A DNA stretch of 64,000 nt from Auanema rhodensis. Taxonomy: Eukaryota; Animalia; Nematoda. Where the stretch lies: positions 868,001 through 932,000 of the forward strand of contig OZ059896.1 in NCBI GenBank assembly GCA_964057225.1, written 5' to 3'. Made by a program: the position numbers and the translations under genes. Of this stretch, positions 43,401 through 58,400 are shown in pieces (position 1 is the first letter of the stretch; each line of letters begins with the position of its first letter). Under the pieces are notes generated by a model. That model saw only the letters and a program-made list of their open reading frames with translations, was not told where the DNA came from and did no database searches.

Positions 43401-46400
43401 TTAGACTAATATGAACATGAGGAATCTAATTTTGAAAACCGCATCTCTTTATCTTTCACGTGAAGCGAGTTACATACCAAGTGCACATCACGTGTACATT
43501 TAATTAGCATAAATTAAAGTTCACGTAAATTTCAAAGTCATGGTTACCATGAACCAATATCAATAAAAATTTGTTTTTAGACTAATATGGACATGGGGAA
43601 TCTAATTTTAAAAACCGCATCTCTTTATCTCTCACGTGAAGCGAGTTACATACCAAGTGCACATCACGTGTACATTTAATTAGCATAAATTAAAGTTCAC
43701 GTAAATTTCAAAGTCATGGTTACCATGCACCAATATCAATAAAAATTTGTTTTTAGACTAAAATGGACATGGGGAATCTAATTTTGAAAACCGCATCTCT
43801 TTATCTTTCACGTGAAGCGAGTTACACACCAAGTGCACATCACGTGTACATTTAATTAGCATAAATTAAAGTTCACGTAAATTTCAAAGTCATGGTTACC
43901 ATGAACCAATATCAATAAAAATTTGTTTTTAGACTAATATGGACATGGGGAATCTAATTTTTAAAACCGCATCTCTTTATCTTTCACGTGAAGCGAGTTA
44001 CATACCAAGTGCACATCACGTGTACATTTAATTAGCATAAATTAAAGTTCACGTAAATTTCAAAGTCATGGTTACCATGAACCAATATCAATAAAAATTT
44101 GTTTTTAGACTAATATGGACATGGGGAATCTAATTTTGAAAACCGCATCTTTTTATCTTTCACGTGAAGCGAGTTACATACCAAGTGCACATCACGTGTA
44201 CATTTAATTAGCATAAATTAAAGTTCACGTAAATTTCAAAGTCATGGTTACCATGAACCAATATCAATAAAAATTTGTTTTTAGACTAATATGGACATGG
44301 GGAATCTAATTTTGAAAACCGCATCTCTTTATCTCTCACGTGAAGCGAGTTACATACCAAGTGCACATCACGTGTACATTTAATTAGCATAAATTAAAGT
44401 TCACGTAAATTTCAAAGTCATGGTTACCATGAACCAATATCAATAAAAATTTGTTTTTAGACTAATATGGACATGGGGAATCTAATTTTGAAAACCGCAT
44501 CTCTTTATCTTTCACGTGAAGCGAGTTACATACCAAGTGCACATCACGTGTACATTTAATTAGCATAAATTAAAGTTCACGTAAATTTCAAAGTCATGGT
44601 TACCATGAACCAATATCAATAAAAATTTGTTTTTAGACTAATATGGATATGGGGAATCTAATTTTGAAAACCGCATCTCTTTATCTTTCACGCGAAGCGA
44701 GTTACATAACAAGTGCAGATCACGTGTACATTTAATTAGCATAAATTAAAGTTCACGTAAATTTCAAAGTCATGGTTACCATGAACCAATATCAATAAAA
44801 ATTCGTTTTTAGACTGATATGGATATGGGGAATCTAATTTTGAAAACCGCATCTCTTTATCTTTCACGTGAAGCGAGTTACATACCAAGTGCACATCACG
44901 TGTACATTTAATTAGCATAAATTAAAGTTCACGTAAATTTCAAAGTCATGGTTACCATGAACCAATATCAATAAAAATTTGTTTTTAGACTAATATGGAC
45001 ATGGGGAATCTAATTTTGAAAACCGCATCTCTTTATCTTTCACGTGAAGCGAGTTACATACCGAGTGCACATCACGTGTACATTTAATTAGCATAAATTA
45101 AAGTTCACGTAAATTTCAAAGTCATGGTTACCATGAACCAATATCAATAAAAATTTGTTTTTAAACTAATATGGACATGGGGAATCTAATTTCGAAAACC
45201 GCATCTCTTTATCTTTCACGTGAAGCGAGTTACATACCAAGTGCACATCACGTGTACATTTAATTAGCATAAATTAAAGTTCACGTAAATTTCAAAGTCA
45301 TGGTTACCATGAACCAATATCAATAAAAATTTGTTTTTAGACTAATATGGACATGGGGAATCTAATTTCGAAAACCGCATCTCTTTATCTTTCACGTGAA
45401 GCGAGTTACATACCAAGTGCACATCACGTGTACATTTAATTAGCATAAATTAAAGTTCACGTAAATTTCAAAGTCATGGTTACCATGCACCAATATCAAT
45501 AAAAATTTGTTTTTAGACTAATATGAACATGGGGAATCTAATTTTGAAAACCGCATCTCTTCATCTTTCACGTGAAGCGAGTTACATACCAAGTGCACAT
45601 CACGTGTACATTTAATTAGCATAAATTAAAGTTCACGTAAATTTCAAAGTCATGGTTACCATGAACCAATATCAATAAAAATTTGTTTTTAGACTAATAT
45701 GGACATGGGGAATCTAATTTTGAAAACCGCATCTCTTTATCTCTCACGTGAAGCGAGTTACATACCAAGTGCACATCACGTGTACATTTAATTAGCATAA
45801 ATTAAAGTTCACGTAAATTTCAAAGTCATGGTTACCATGCACCAATATCAATAAAAATTTGTTTTTAGACTAAAATGGACATGGGGAATCTAATTTTGAA
45901 AACCGCATCTCTTTATCTTTCACGTGAAGCGAGTTACATACCAAGTGCACATCACGTGTACATTTAATTAGCATAAATTAAAGTTCACGTAAATTTCAAA
46001 GTCATGGTTACCATGAACCAATATCAATAAAAATTTGTTTTTAGACTAAAATGGACATGGGGAATCTAATTTTGAAAACCGCATCTCTTTATCTTTCACG
46101 TGAAGCGAGTTACACACCAAGTGCACATCACGTGTACATTTAATTAGCATAAATTAAAGTTCACGTAAATTTCAAAGTCATGGTTACCATGAACCAATAT
46201 CAATAAAAATTTGTTTTTAGACTAATATGGACATGGGGAATCTAATTTTTAAAACCGCATCTCTTTATCTTTCACGTGAAGCGAGTTACATACCAAGTGC
46301 ACATCACGTGTACATTTAATTAGCATAAATTAAAGTTCACGTAAATTTCAAAGTCATGGTTACCATGAACCAATATCAATAAAAATTTGTTTTTAGACTA

Positions 46401-49400
46401 ATATGGACATGGGGAATCTAATTTTGAAAACCGCATCTTTTTATCTTTCACGTGAAGCGAGTTACATACCAAGTGCACATCACGTGTACATTTAATTAGC
46501 ATAAATTAAAGTTCACGTAAATTTCAAAGTCATGGTTACCATGAACCAATATCAATAAAAATTTGTTTTTAGACTAATATGGACATGGGGAATCTAATTT
46601 TGAAAACCGCATCTCTTTATCTTTCACGTGAAGCGAGTTACATACCAAGTGCACATCACGTGTACATTTAATTAGCATAAATTAAAGTTCACGTAAATTT
46701 CAAAGTCATGGTTACCATGAACCAATATCAATAAAAATTTGTTTTTAGACTAATATGGACATGGGGAATCTAATTTTGAAAACCGCATCTCTTTATCTTT
46801 CACGTGAAGCGAGTTACATACCAAGTGCACATCACGTGTACATTTAATTAGCATAAATTAAAGTTCACGTAAATTTCAAAGTCATGGTTACCATGAACCA
46901 ATATCAATAAAAATTTGTTTTTAGACTAATATGGACATGGGGAATCTAATTTTAAAAACCGCATCTCTTTATCTTTCACGTGAAGCGAGTTACATACCAA
47001 GTGCACATCACGTGTACATTTAATTAGCATAAATTAAAGTTCACGTAAATTTCAAAGTCATGGTTACCATGCACCAATATCAATAAAAATTTGTTTTTAG
47101 ACTAATATGGACATGGGGAATCTAATTTTGAAAACCGCATCTCTTTATCTTTCACGTGAAGCGAGTTACATACCAAGTGCACATCACGTGTACATTTAAT
47201 TAGCATAAATTAAAGTTCACGTAAACTTCAAAGTCATGGTTACCATGAACCAATATCAATAAAAATTTGTTTTTAGACTAATATGGACATGGGGAATCTA
47301 ATTTTGAAAACCGCATCTCTTTATCTTTCACGTGAAGCGAGTTACATACCAAGTGCACATCACGTGTACATTTAATTAGCATAAATTAAAGTTCACGTAA
47401 ATTTCAAAGTCATGGTTACCATGAACCAATATCAATAAAAATTTGTTTTTAGACTAATATGGACATGGGGAATCTAATTTTAAAAACCGCATCTCTTTAT
47501 CTTTCACGTGAAGCGAGTTACATACCAAGTGCACATCACGTGTACATTTAATTAGCATAAATTAAAGTTCACGTAAATTTCAAAGTCATGGTTACCATGA
47601 ACCAATATCAATAAAAATTTGTTTTTAGACTAATATGGACATGGGGAATCTAATTTTAAAAACCGCATCTCTTTATCTTTCACGTGAAGCGAGTTACATA
47701 CCAAGTGCACATCACGTGTACATTTAATTAGCATAAATTAAAGTTCACGTAAATTTCAAAGTCATGGTTACCATGCACCAATATCAATAAAAATTTGTTT
47801 TTAGACTAATATGGACATGGGGAATCTAATTTTGAAAACCGCATCTCTTTATCTTTCACGTGAAGCGAGTTACATACCAAGTGCACATCACGTGTACATT
47901 TAATTAGCATAAATTAAAGTTCACGTAAATTTCAAAGTCATGGTTACCATGAACCAATATCAATAAAAATTTGTTTTTAGACTAATATGGACATGGGGAA
48001 TCTAATTTTGAAAACCGCATCTCTTTATCTTTCACGTGAAGCGAGTTACATACCAAGTGCACATCACGTGTACATTTAATTAGCATAAATTAAAGTTCAC
48101 GTAAATTTCAAAGTCATGGTTACCATGAACCAATATCAATAAAAATTTGTTTTTAGACTAATATGGACATGGGGAATCTAATTTTGAAAACCGCATCTCT
48201 TTATCTTTCACGTGAAGCGAGTTACATACCGAGTGCACATCACGTGTACATTTAATTAGCATAAATTAAAGTTCACGTAAATTTCAAAGTCATGGTTACC
48301 ATGAACCAATATCAATAAAAATTTGTTTTTAAACTAATATGGACATGGGGAATTTAATTTCGAAAACCGCATCTCTTTATCTTTCACGTGAAGCGAGTTA
48401 CATACCAAGTGCACATCACGTGTACATTTAATTAGCATAAATTAAAGTTCACGTAAATTTCAAAGTCATGGTTACCATGAACCAATATCAATAAAAATTT
48501 GTTTTTAGACTAATATGGACATGGGGAATCTAATTTCGAAAACCGCATCTCTTTATCTTTCACGTGAAGCGAGTTACATACCAAGTGCACATCACGTGTA
48601 CATTTAATTAGCATAAATTAAAGTTCACGTAAATTTCAAAGTCATGGTTACCATGCACCAATATCAATAAAAATTTGTTTTTAGACTAATATGAACATGG
48701 GGAATCTAATTTTGAAAACCGCATCTCTTTATCTTTCACGTGAAGCGAGTTACATACCAAGTGCACATCACGTGTACATTTAATTAGCATAAATTAAAGT
48801 TCACGTAAATTTCAAAGTCATGGTTACCATGAACCAATATCAATAAAAATTTGTTTTTAGACTAATATGGACATGGGGAATCTAATTTTAAAAACCGCAT
48901 CTCTTTATCTCTCACGTGAAGCGAGTTACATACCAAGTGCACATCACGTGTACATTTAATTAGCATAAATTAAAGTTCACGTAAATTTCAAAGTCATGGT
49001 TACCATGCACCAATATCAATAAAAATTTGTTTTTAGACTAAAATGGACATGGGGAATCTAATTTTGAAAACCGCATCTCTTTATCTTTCACGTGAAGCGA
49101 GTTACATACCAAGTGCACATCACGTGTACATTTAATTAGCATAAATTAAAGTTCACGTAAATTTCAAAGTCATGGTTACCATGAACCAATATCAATAAAA
49201 ATTTGTTTTTAGACTAAAATGGACATGGGGAATCTAATTTTGAAAACCGCATCTCTTTATCTTTCACGTGAAGCGAGTTACACACCAAGTGCACATCACG
49301 TGTACATTTAATTAGCATAAATTAAAGTTCACGTAAATTTCAAAGTCATGGTTACCATGAACCAATATCAATAAAAATTTGTTTTTAGACTAATATGGAC

Positions 49401-52400
49401 ATGGGGAATCTAATTTTTAAAACCGCATCTCTTTATCTTTCACGTGAAGCGAGTTACATACCAAGTGCACATCACGTGTACATTTAATTAGCATAAATTA
49501 AAGTTCACGTAAATTTCAAAGTCATGGTTACCATGCACCAATATCAATAAAAATTTGTTTTTAGACTAATATGAACATGGGGAATCTAATTTTGAAAACC
49601 GCATCTCTTTATCTTTCACGTGAAGCGAGTTACATACCAAGTGCACATCACGTGTACATTTAATTAGCATAAATTAAAGTTCACGTAAATTTCAAAGTCA
49701 TGGTTACCATGAACCAATATCAATAAAAATTTGTTTTTAGACTAATATGGACATGGGGAATCTAATTTTAAAAACCGCATCTCTTTATCTCTCACGTGAA
49801 GCGAGTTACATACCAAGTGCACATCACGTGTACATTTAATTAGCATAAATTAAAGTTCACGTAAATTTCAAAGTCATGGTTACCATGCACCAATATCAAT
49901 AAAAATTTGTTTTTAGACTAAAATGGACATGGGGAATCTAATTTTGAAAACCGCATCTCTTTATCTTTCACGTGAAGCGAGTTACACACCAAGTGCACAT
50001 CACGTGTACATTTAATTAGCATAAATTAAAGTTCACGTAAATTTCAAAGTCATGGTTACCATGAACCAATATCAATAAAAATTTGTTTTTAGACTAATAT
50101 GGACATGGGGAATCTAATTTTTAAAACCGCATCTCTTTATCTTTCACGTGAAGCGAGTTACATACCAAGTGCACATCACGTGTACATTTAATTAGCATAA
50201 ATTAAAGTTCACGTAAATTTCAAAGTCATGGTTACCATGAACCAATATCAATAAAAATTTGTTTTTAGACTAATATGGACATGGGGAATCTAATTTTGAA
50301 AACCGCATCTTTTTATCTTTCACGTGAAGCGAGTTACATACCAAGTGCACATCACGTGTACATTTAATTAGCATAAATTAAAGTTCACGTAAATTTCAAA
50401 GTCATGGTTACCATGAACCAATATCAATAAAAATTTGTTTTTAGACTAATATGGACATGGGGAATCTAATTTTGAAAACCGCATCTCTTTATCTTTCACG
50501 TGAAGCGAGTTACATACCGAGTGCACATCACGTGTACATTTAATTAGCATAAATTAAAGTTCACGTAAATTTCAAAGTCATGGTTACCATGCACCAATAT
50601 CAATAAAAATTTGTTTTTAGACTAATATGAACATGGGGAATCTAATTTTGAAAACCGCATCTCTTTATCTTTCACGTGAAGCGAGTTACATACCAAGTGC
50701 ACATCACGTGTACATTTAATTAGCATAAATTAAAGTTCACGTAAATTTCAAAGTCATGGTTACCATGAACCAATATCAATAAAAATTTGTTTTTAGACTA
50801 ATATGGACATGGGGAATCTAATTTTAAAAACCGCATCTCTTTATCTCTCACGTGAAGCGAGTTACATACCAAGTGCACATCACGTGTACATTTAATTAGC
50901 ATAAATTAAAGTTCACGTAAATTTCAAAGTCATGGTTACCATGCACCAATATCAATAAAAATTTGTTTTTAGACTAAAATGGACATGGGGAATCTAATTT
51001 TGAAAACCGCATCTCTTTATCTTTCACGTGAAGCGAGTTACATACCAAGTGCACATCACGTGTACATTTAATTAGCATAAATTAAAGTTCACGTAAATTT
51101 CAAAGTCATGGTTACCATGAACCAATATCAATAAAAATTTGTTTTTAGACTAAAATGGACATGGGGAATCTAATTTTGAAAACCGCATCTCTTTATCTTT
51201 CACGTGAAGCGAGTTACACACCAAGTGCACATCACGTGTACATTTAATTAGCATAAATTAAAGTTCACGTAAATTTCAAAGTCATGGTTACCATGAACCA
51301 ATATCAATAAAAATTTGTTTTTAGACTAATATGGACATGGGGAATCTAATTTTTAAAACCGCATCTCTTTATCTTTCACGTGAAGCGAGTTACATACCAA
51401 GTGCACATCACGTGTACATTTAATTAGCATAAATTAAAGTTCACGTAAATTTCAAAGTCATGGTTACCATGCACCAATATCAATAAAAATTTGTTTTTAG
51501 ACTAATATGAACATGGGGAATCTAATTTTGAAAACCGCATCTCTTTATCTTTCACGTGAAGCGAGTTACATACCAAGTGCACATCACGTGTACATTTAAT
51601 TAGCATAAATTAAAGTTCACGTAAATTTCAAAGTCATGGTTACCATGAACCAATATCAATAAAAATTTGTTTTTAGACTAATATGGACATGGGGAATCTA
51701 ATTTTAAAAACCGCATCTCTTTATCTCTCACGTGAAGCGAGTTACATACCAAGTGCACATCACGTGTACATTTAATTAGCATAAATTAAAGTTCACGTAA
51801 ATTTCAAAGTCATGGTTACCATGCACCAATATCAATAAAAATTTGTTTTTAGACTAAAATGGACATGGGGAATCTAATTTTGAAAACCGCATCTCTTTAT
51901 CTTTCACGTGAAGCGAGTTACACACCAAGTGCACATCACGTGTACATTTAATTAGCATAAATTAAAGTTCACGTAAATTTCAAAGTCATGGTTACCATGA
52001 ACCAATATCAATAAAAATTTGTTTTTAGACTAATATGGACATGGGGAATCTAATTTTTAAAACCGCATCTCTTTATCTTTCACGTGAAGCGAGTTACATA
52101 CCAAGTGCACATCACGTGTACATTTAATTAGCATAAATTAAAGTTCACGTAAATTTCAAAGTCATGGTTACCATGAACCAATATCAATAAAAATTTGTTT
52201 TTAGACTAATATGGACATGGGGAATCTAATTTTGAAAACCGCATCTTTTTATCTTTCACGTGAAGCGAGTTACATACCAAGTGCACATCACGTGTACATT
52301 TAATTAGCATAAATTAAAGTTCACGTAAATTTCAAAGTCATGGTTACCATGAACCAATATCAATAAAAATTTGTTTTTAGACTAATATGGACATGGGGAA

Positions 52401-55400
52401 TCTAATTTTGAAAACCGCATCTCTTTATCTTTCACGTGAAGCGAGTTACATACCAAGTGCACATCACGTGTACATTTAATTAGCATAAATTAAAGTTCAC
52501 GTAAATTTCAAAGTCATGGTTACCATGAACCAATATCAATAAAAATTTGTTTTTAGACTAATATGGATATGGGGAATCTAATTTTGAAAACCGCATCTCT
52601 TTATCTTTCACGTGAAGCGAGTTACATACCAAGTGCACATCACGTGTACATTTAATTAGCATAAATTAAAGTTCACGTAAATTTCAAAGTCATGGTTACC
52701 ATGAACCAATATCAATAAAAATTTGTTTTTAGACTAATATGGACATGGGGAATCTAATTTTGAAAACCGCATCTTCTTATCTTTCACGTGAAGCGAGTTA
52801 CATACCAAGTGCACATCACGTGTACATTTAATTAGCATAAATTAAAGTTCACGTAAATTTCAAAGTCATGGTTACCATGAACCAATATCAATAAAAATTT
52901 GTTTTTAGACTAATATGGACATGGGGAATCTAATTTTGAAAACCGCATCTCTTTATCTTTCACGTGAAGCGAGTTACATACCAAGTGCACATCACGTGTA
53001 CATTTAATTAGCATAAATTAAAGTTCACGTAAATTTCAAAGTCATGGTTACCATGAACCAATATCAATAAAAATTTGTTTTTAGACTAATATGGACATGG
53101 GGAATCTATTTTGAAAACCGCATCTCTTTATCTTTCACGTGAAGCGAGTTACATACCAAGTGCACATCACGTGTACATTTAATTAGCATAAATTAAAGTT
53201 CACGTAAATTTCAAAGTCATGGTTACCATGAACCAATATCAATAAAAATTTGTTTTTAGACTAATATGGATATGGGGAATCTAATTTTGAAAACCGCATC
53301 TCTTTATCTTTCACGCGAAGCGAGTTACATAACAAGTGCAGATCACGTGTACATTTAATTAGCATAAATTAAAGTTCACGTAAATTTCAAAGTCATGGTT
53401 ACCATGAACCAATATCAATAAAAATTTGTTTTTAGACTAATATGGATATGGGGAATCTAATTTTGAAAACCGCATCTCTTTATCTTTCACGTGAAGCGAG
53501 TTACATACCAAGTGCACATCACGTGTACATTTAATTAGCATAAATTAAAGTTCACGTAAATTTCAAAGTCATGGTTACCATGAACCAATATCAATAAAAA
53601 TTTGTTTTTAGACTAATATGGACATGGGGAATCTAATTTTGAAAACCGCATCTCTTTATCTTTCACGTGAAGCGAGTTACATACCGAGTGCACATCACGT
53701 GTACATTTAATTAGCATAAATTAAAGTTCACGTAAATTTCAAAGTCATGGTTACCATGAACCAATATCAATAAAAATTTGTTTTTAAACTAATATGGACA
53801 TGGGGAATCTAATTTCGAAAACCGCATCTCTTTATCTTTCACGTGAAGCGAGTTACATACCAAGTGCACATCACGTGTACATTTAATTAGCATAAATTAA
53901 AGTTCACGTAAATTTCAAAGTCATGGTTACCATGAACCAATATCAATAAAAATTTGTTTTTAGACTAATATGGACATGGGGAATCTAATTTCGAAAACCG
54001 CATCTCTTTATCTTTCACGTGAAGCGAGTTACATACCAAGTGCACATCACGTGTACATTTAATTAGCATAAATTAAAGTTCACGTAAATTTCAAAGTCAT
54101 GGTTACCATGCACCAATATCAATAAAAATTTGTTTTTAGACTAATATGAACATGGGGAATCTAATTTTGAAAACCGCATCTCTTTATCTTTCACGTGAAG
54201 CGAGTTACATACCAAGTGCACATCACGTGTACATTTAATTAGCATAAATTAAAGTTCACGTAAATTTCAAAGTCATGGTTACCATGAACCAATATCAATA
54301 AAAATTTGTTTTTAGACTAATATGGACATGGGGAATCTAATTTTAAAAACCGCATCTCTTTATCTCTCACGTGAAGCGAGTTACATACCAAGTGCACATC
54401 ACGTGTACATTTAATTAGCATAAATTAAAGTTCACGTAAATTTCAAAGTCATGGTTACCATGCACCAATATCAATAAAAATTTGTTTTTAGACTAAAATG
54501 GACATGGGGAATCTAATTTTGAAAACCGCATCTCTTTATCTTTCACGTGAAGCGAGTTACATACCAAGTGCACATCACGTGTACATTTAATTAGCATAAA
54601 TTAAAGTTCACGTAAATTTCAAAGTCATGGTTACCATGAACCAATATCAATAAAAATTTGTTTTTAGACTAAAATGGACATGGGGAATCTAATTTTGAAA
54701 ACCGCATCTCTTTATCTTTCACGTGAAGCGAGTTACACACCAAGTGCACATCACGTGTACATTTAATTAGCATAAATTAAAGTTCACGTAAATTTCAAAG
54801 TCATGGTTACCATGAACCAATATCAATAAAAATTTGTTTTTAGACTAATATGGACATGGGGAATCTAATTTTTAAAACCGCATCTCTTTATCTTTCACGT
54901 GAAGCGAGTTACATACCAAGTGCACATCACGTGTACATTTAATTAGCATAAATTAAAGTTCACGTAAATTTCAAAGTCATGGTTACCATGAACCAATATC
55001 AATAAAAATTTGTTTTTAGACTAATATGGACATGGGGAATCTAATTTTGAAAACCGCATCTCTTTATCTTTCACGTGAAGCGAGTTACATACCAAGTGCA
55101 CATCACGTGTACATTTAATTAGCATAAATTAAAGTTCACGTAAATTTCAAAGTCATGGTTACCATGAACCAATATCAATAAAAATTTGTTTTTAGACTAA
55201 TATGGACATGGGGAATCTAATTTTGAAAACCGCATCTCTTTATCTTTCACGTGAAGCGAGTTACATACCAAGTGCACATCACGTGTACATTTAATTAGCA
55301 TAAATTAAAGTTCACGTAAATTTCAAAGTCATGGTTACCATGAACCAATATCAATAAAAATTTGTTTTTAGACTAATATGGACATGGGGAATCTATTTTG

Positions 55401-58400
55401 AAAACCGCATCTCTTTATCTTTCACGTGAAGCGAGTTACATACCAAGTGCACATCACGTGTACATTTAATTAGCATAAATTAAAGTTCACGTAAATTTCA
55501 AAGTCATGGTTACCATGAACCAATATCAATAAAAATTTGTTTTTAGACTAATATGGATATGGGGAATCTAATTTTGAAAACCGCATCTCTTTATCTTTCA
55601 CGCGAAGCGAGTTACATAACAAGTGCAGATCACGTGTACATTTAATTAGCATAAATTAAAGTTCACGTAAATTTCAAAGTCATGGTTACCATGAACCAAT
55701 ATCAATAAAAATTTGTTTTTAGACTAATATGGATATGGGGAATCTAATTTTGAAAACCGCATCTCTTTATCTTTCACGTGAAGCGAGTTACATACCAAGT
55801 GCACATCACGTGTACATTTAATTAGCATAAATTAAAGTTCACGTAAATTTCAAAGTCATGGTTACCATGAACCAATATCAATAAAAATTTGTTTTTAGAC
55901 TAATATGGACATGGGGAATCTAATTTTGAAAACCGCATCTCTTTATCTTTCACGTGAAGCGAGTTACATACCGAGTGCACATCACGTGTACATTTAATTA
56001 GCATAAATTAAAGTTCACGTAAATTTCAAAGTCATGGTTACCATGAACCAATATCAATAAAAATTTGTTTTTAAACTAATATGGACATGGGGAATCTAAT
56101 TTCGAAAACCGCATCTCTTTATCTTTCACGTGAAGCGAGTTACATACCAAGTGCACATCACGTGTACATTTAATTAGCATAAATTAAAGTTCACGTAAAT
56201 TTCAAAGTCATGGTTACCATGAACCAATATCAATAAAAATTTGTTTTTAGACTAATATGGACATGGGGAATCTAATTTCGAAAACCGCATCTCTTTATCT
56301 TTCACGTGAAGCGAGTTACATACCAAGTGCACATCACGTGTACATTTAATTAGCATAAATTAAAGTTCACGTAAATTTCAAAGTCATGGTTACCATGCAC
56401 CAATATCAATAAAAATTTGTTTTTAGACTAATATGAACATGGGGAATCTAATTTTGAAAACCGCATCTCTTTATCTTTCACGTGAAGCGAGTTACATACC
56501 AAGTGCACATCACGTGTACATTTAATTAGCATAAATTAAAGTTCACGTAAATTTCAAAGTCATGGTTACCATGAACCAATATCAATAAAAATTTGTTTTT
56601 AGACTAATATGGACATGGGGAATCTAATTTTAAAAACCGCATCTCTTTATCTCTCACGTGAAGCGAGTTACATACCAAGTGCACATCACGTGTACATTTA
56701 ATTAGCATAAATTAAAGTTCACGTAAATTTCAAAGTCATGGTTACCATGCACCAATATCAATAAAAATTTGTTTTTAGACTAAAATGGACATGGGGAATC
56801 TAATTTTGAAAACCGCATCTCTTTATCTTTCACGTGAAGCGAGTTACATACCAAGTGCACATCACGTGTACATTTAATTAGCATAAATTAAAGTTCACGT
56901 AAATTTCAAAGTCATGGTTACCATGAACCAATATCAATAAAAATTTGTTTTTAGACTAAAATGGACATGGGGAATCTAATTTTGAAAACCGCATCTCTTT
57001 ATCTTTCACGTGAAGCGAGTTACACACCAAGTGCACATCACGTGTACATTTAATTAGCATAAATTAAAGTTCACGTAAATTTCAAAGTCATGGTTACCAT
57101 GAACCAATATCAATAAAAATTTGTTTTTAGACTAATATGGACATGGGGAATCTAATTTTTAAAACCGCATCTCTTTATCTTTCACGTGAAGCGAGTTACA
57201 TACCAAGTGCACATCACGTGTACATTTAATTAGCATAAATTAAAGTTCACGTAAATTTCAAAGTCATGGTTACCATGAACCAATATCAATAAAAATTTGT
57301 TTTTAGACTAATATGGACATGGGGAATCTAATTTTGAAAACCGCATCTCTTTATCTTTCACGTGAAGCGAGTTACATACCAAGTGCACATCACGTGTACA
57401 TTTAATTAGCATAAATTAAAGTTCACGTAAATTTCAAAGTCATGGTTACCATGAACCAATATCAATAAAAATTTGTTTTTAGACTAATATGGACATGGGG
57501 AATCTATTTTGAAAACCGCATCTCTTTATCTTTCACGTGAAGCGAGTTACATACCAAGTGCACATCACGTGTACATTTAATTAGCATAAATTAAAGTTCA
57601 CGTAAATTTCAAAGTCATGGTTACCATGAACCAATATCAATAAAAATTTGTTTTTAGACTAATATGGATATGGGGAATCTAATTTTGAAAACCGCATCTC
57701 TTTATCTTTCACGCGAAGCGAGTTACATAACAAGTGCAGATCACGTGTACATTTAATTAGCATAAATTAAAGTTCACGTAAATTTCAAAGTCATGGTTAC
57801 CATGAACCAATATCAATAAAAATTTGTTTTTAGACTAATATGGATATGGGGAATCTAATTTTGAAAACCGCATCTCTTTATCTTTCACGTGAAGCGAGTT
57901 ACATACCAAGTGCACATCACGTGTACATTTAATTAGCATAAATTAAAGTTCACGTAAATTTCAAAGTCATGGTTACCATGAACCAATATCAATAAAAATT
58001 TGTTTTTAGACTAATATGGACATGGGGAATCTAATTTTGAAAACCGCATCTCTTTATCTTTCACGTGAAGCGAGTTACATACCGAGTGCACATCACGTGT
58101 ACATTTAATTAGCATAAATTAAAATTCACGTAAATTTCAAAGTCATGGTTACCATGAACCAATATCAATAAAAATTTGTTTTTAAACTAATATGGACATG
58201 GGGAATCTAATTTCGAAAACCGCATCTCTTTATCTTTCACGTGAAGCGAGTTACATACCAAGTGCACATCACGTGTACATTTAATTAGCATAAATTAAAG
58301 TTCACGTAAATTTCAAAGTCATGGTTACCATGAACCAATATCAATAAAAATTTGTTTTTAGACTAATATGGACATGGGGAATCTAATTTCGAAAACCGCA

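Noticed and set aside
1008-44918. 37 near-identical 60-aa minus-strand ORFs (MLIKCTRDVH...)
   Set aside because: These are artefacts of the repeat. The consensus monomer has an in-frame TAG (reverse complement of GACTAATA). The ORF opens only in the ~10% of monomers with ACTGAT or AGAATAA alleles. It is 183 nt, overlapping the next copy, and 176 is not a multiple of 3. It has no recognisable domain. The ORFs are useful only as variant markers.
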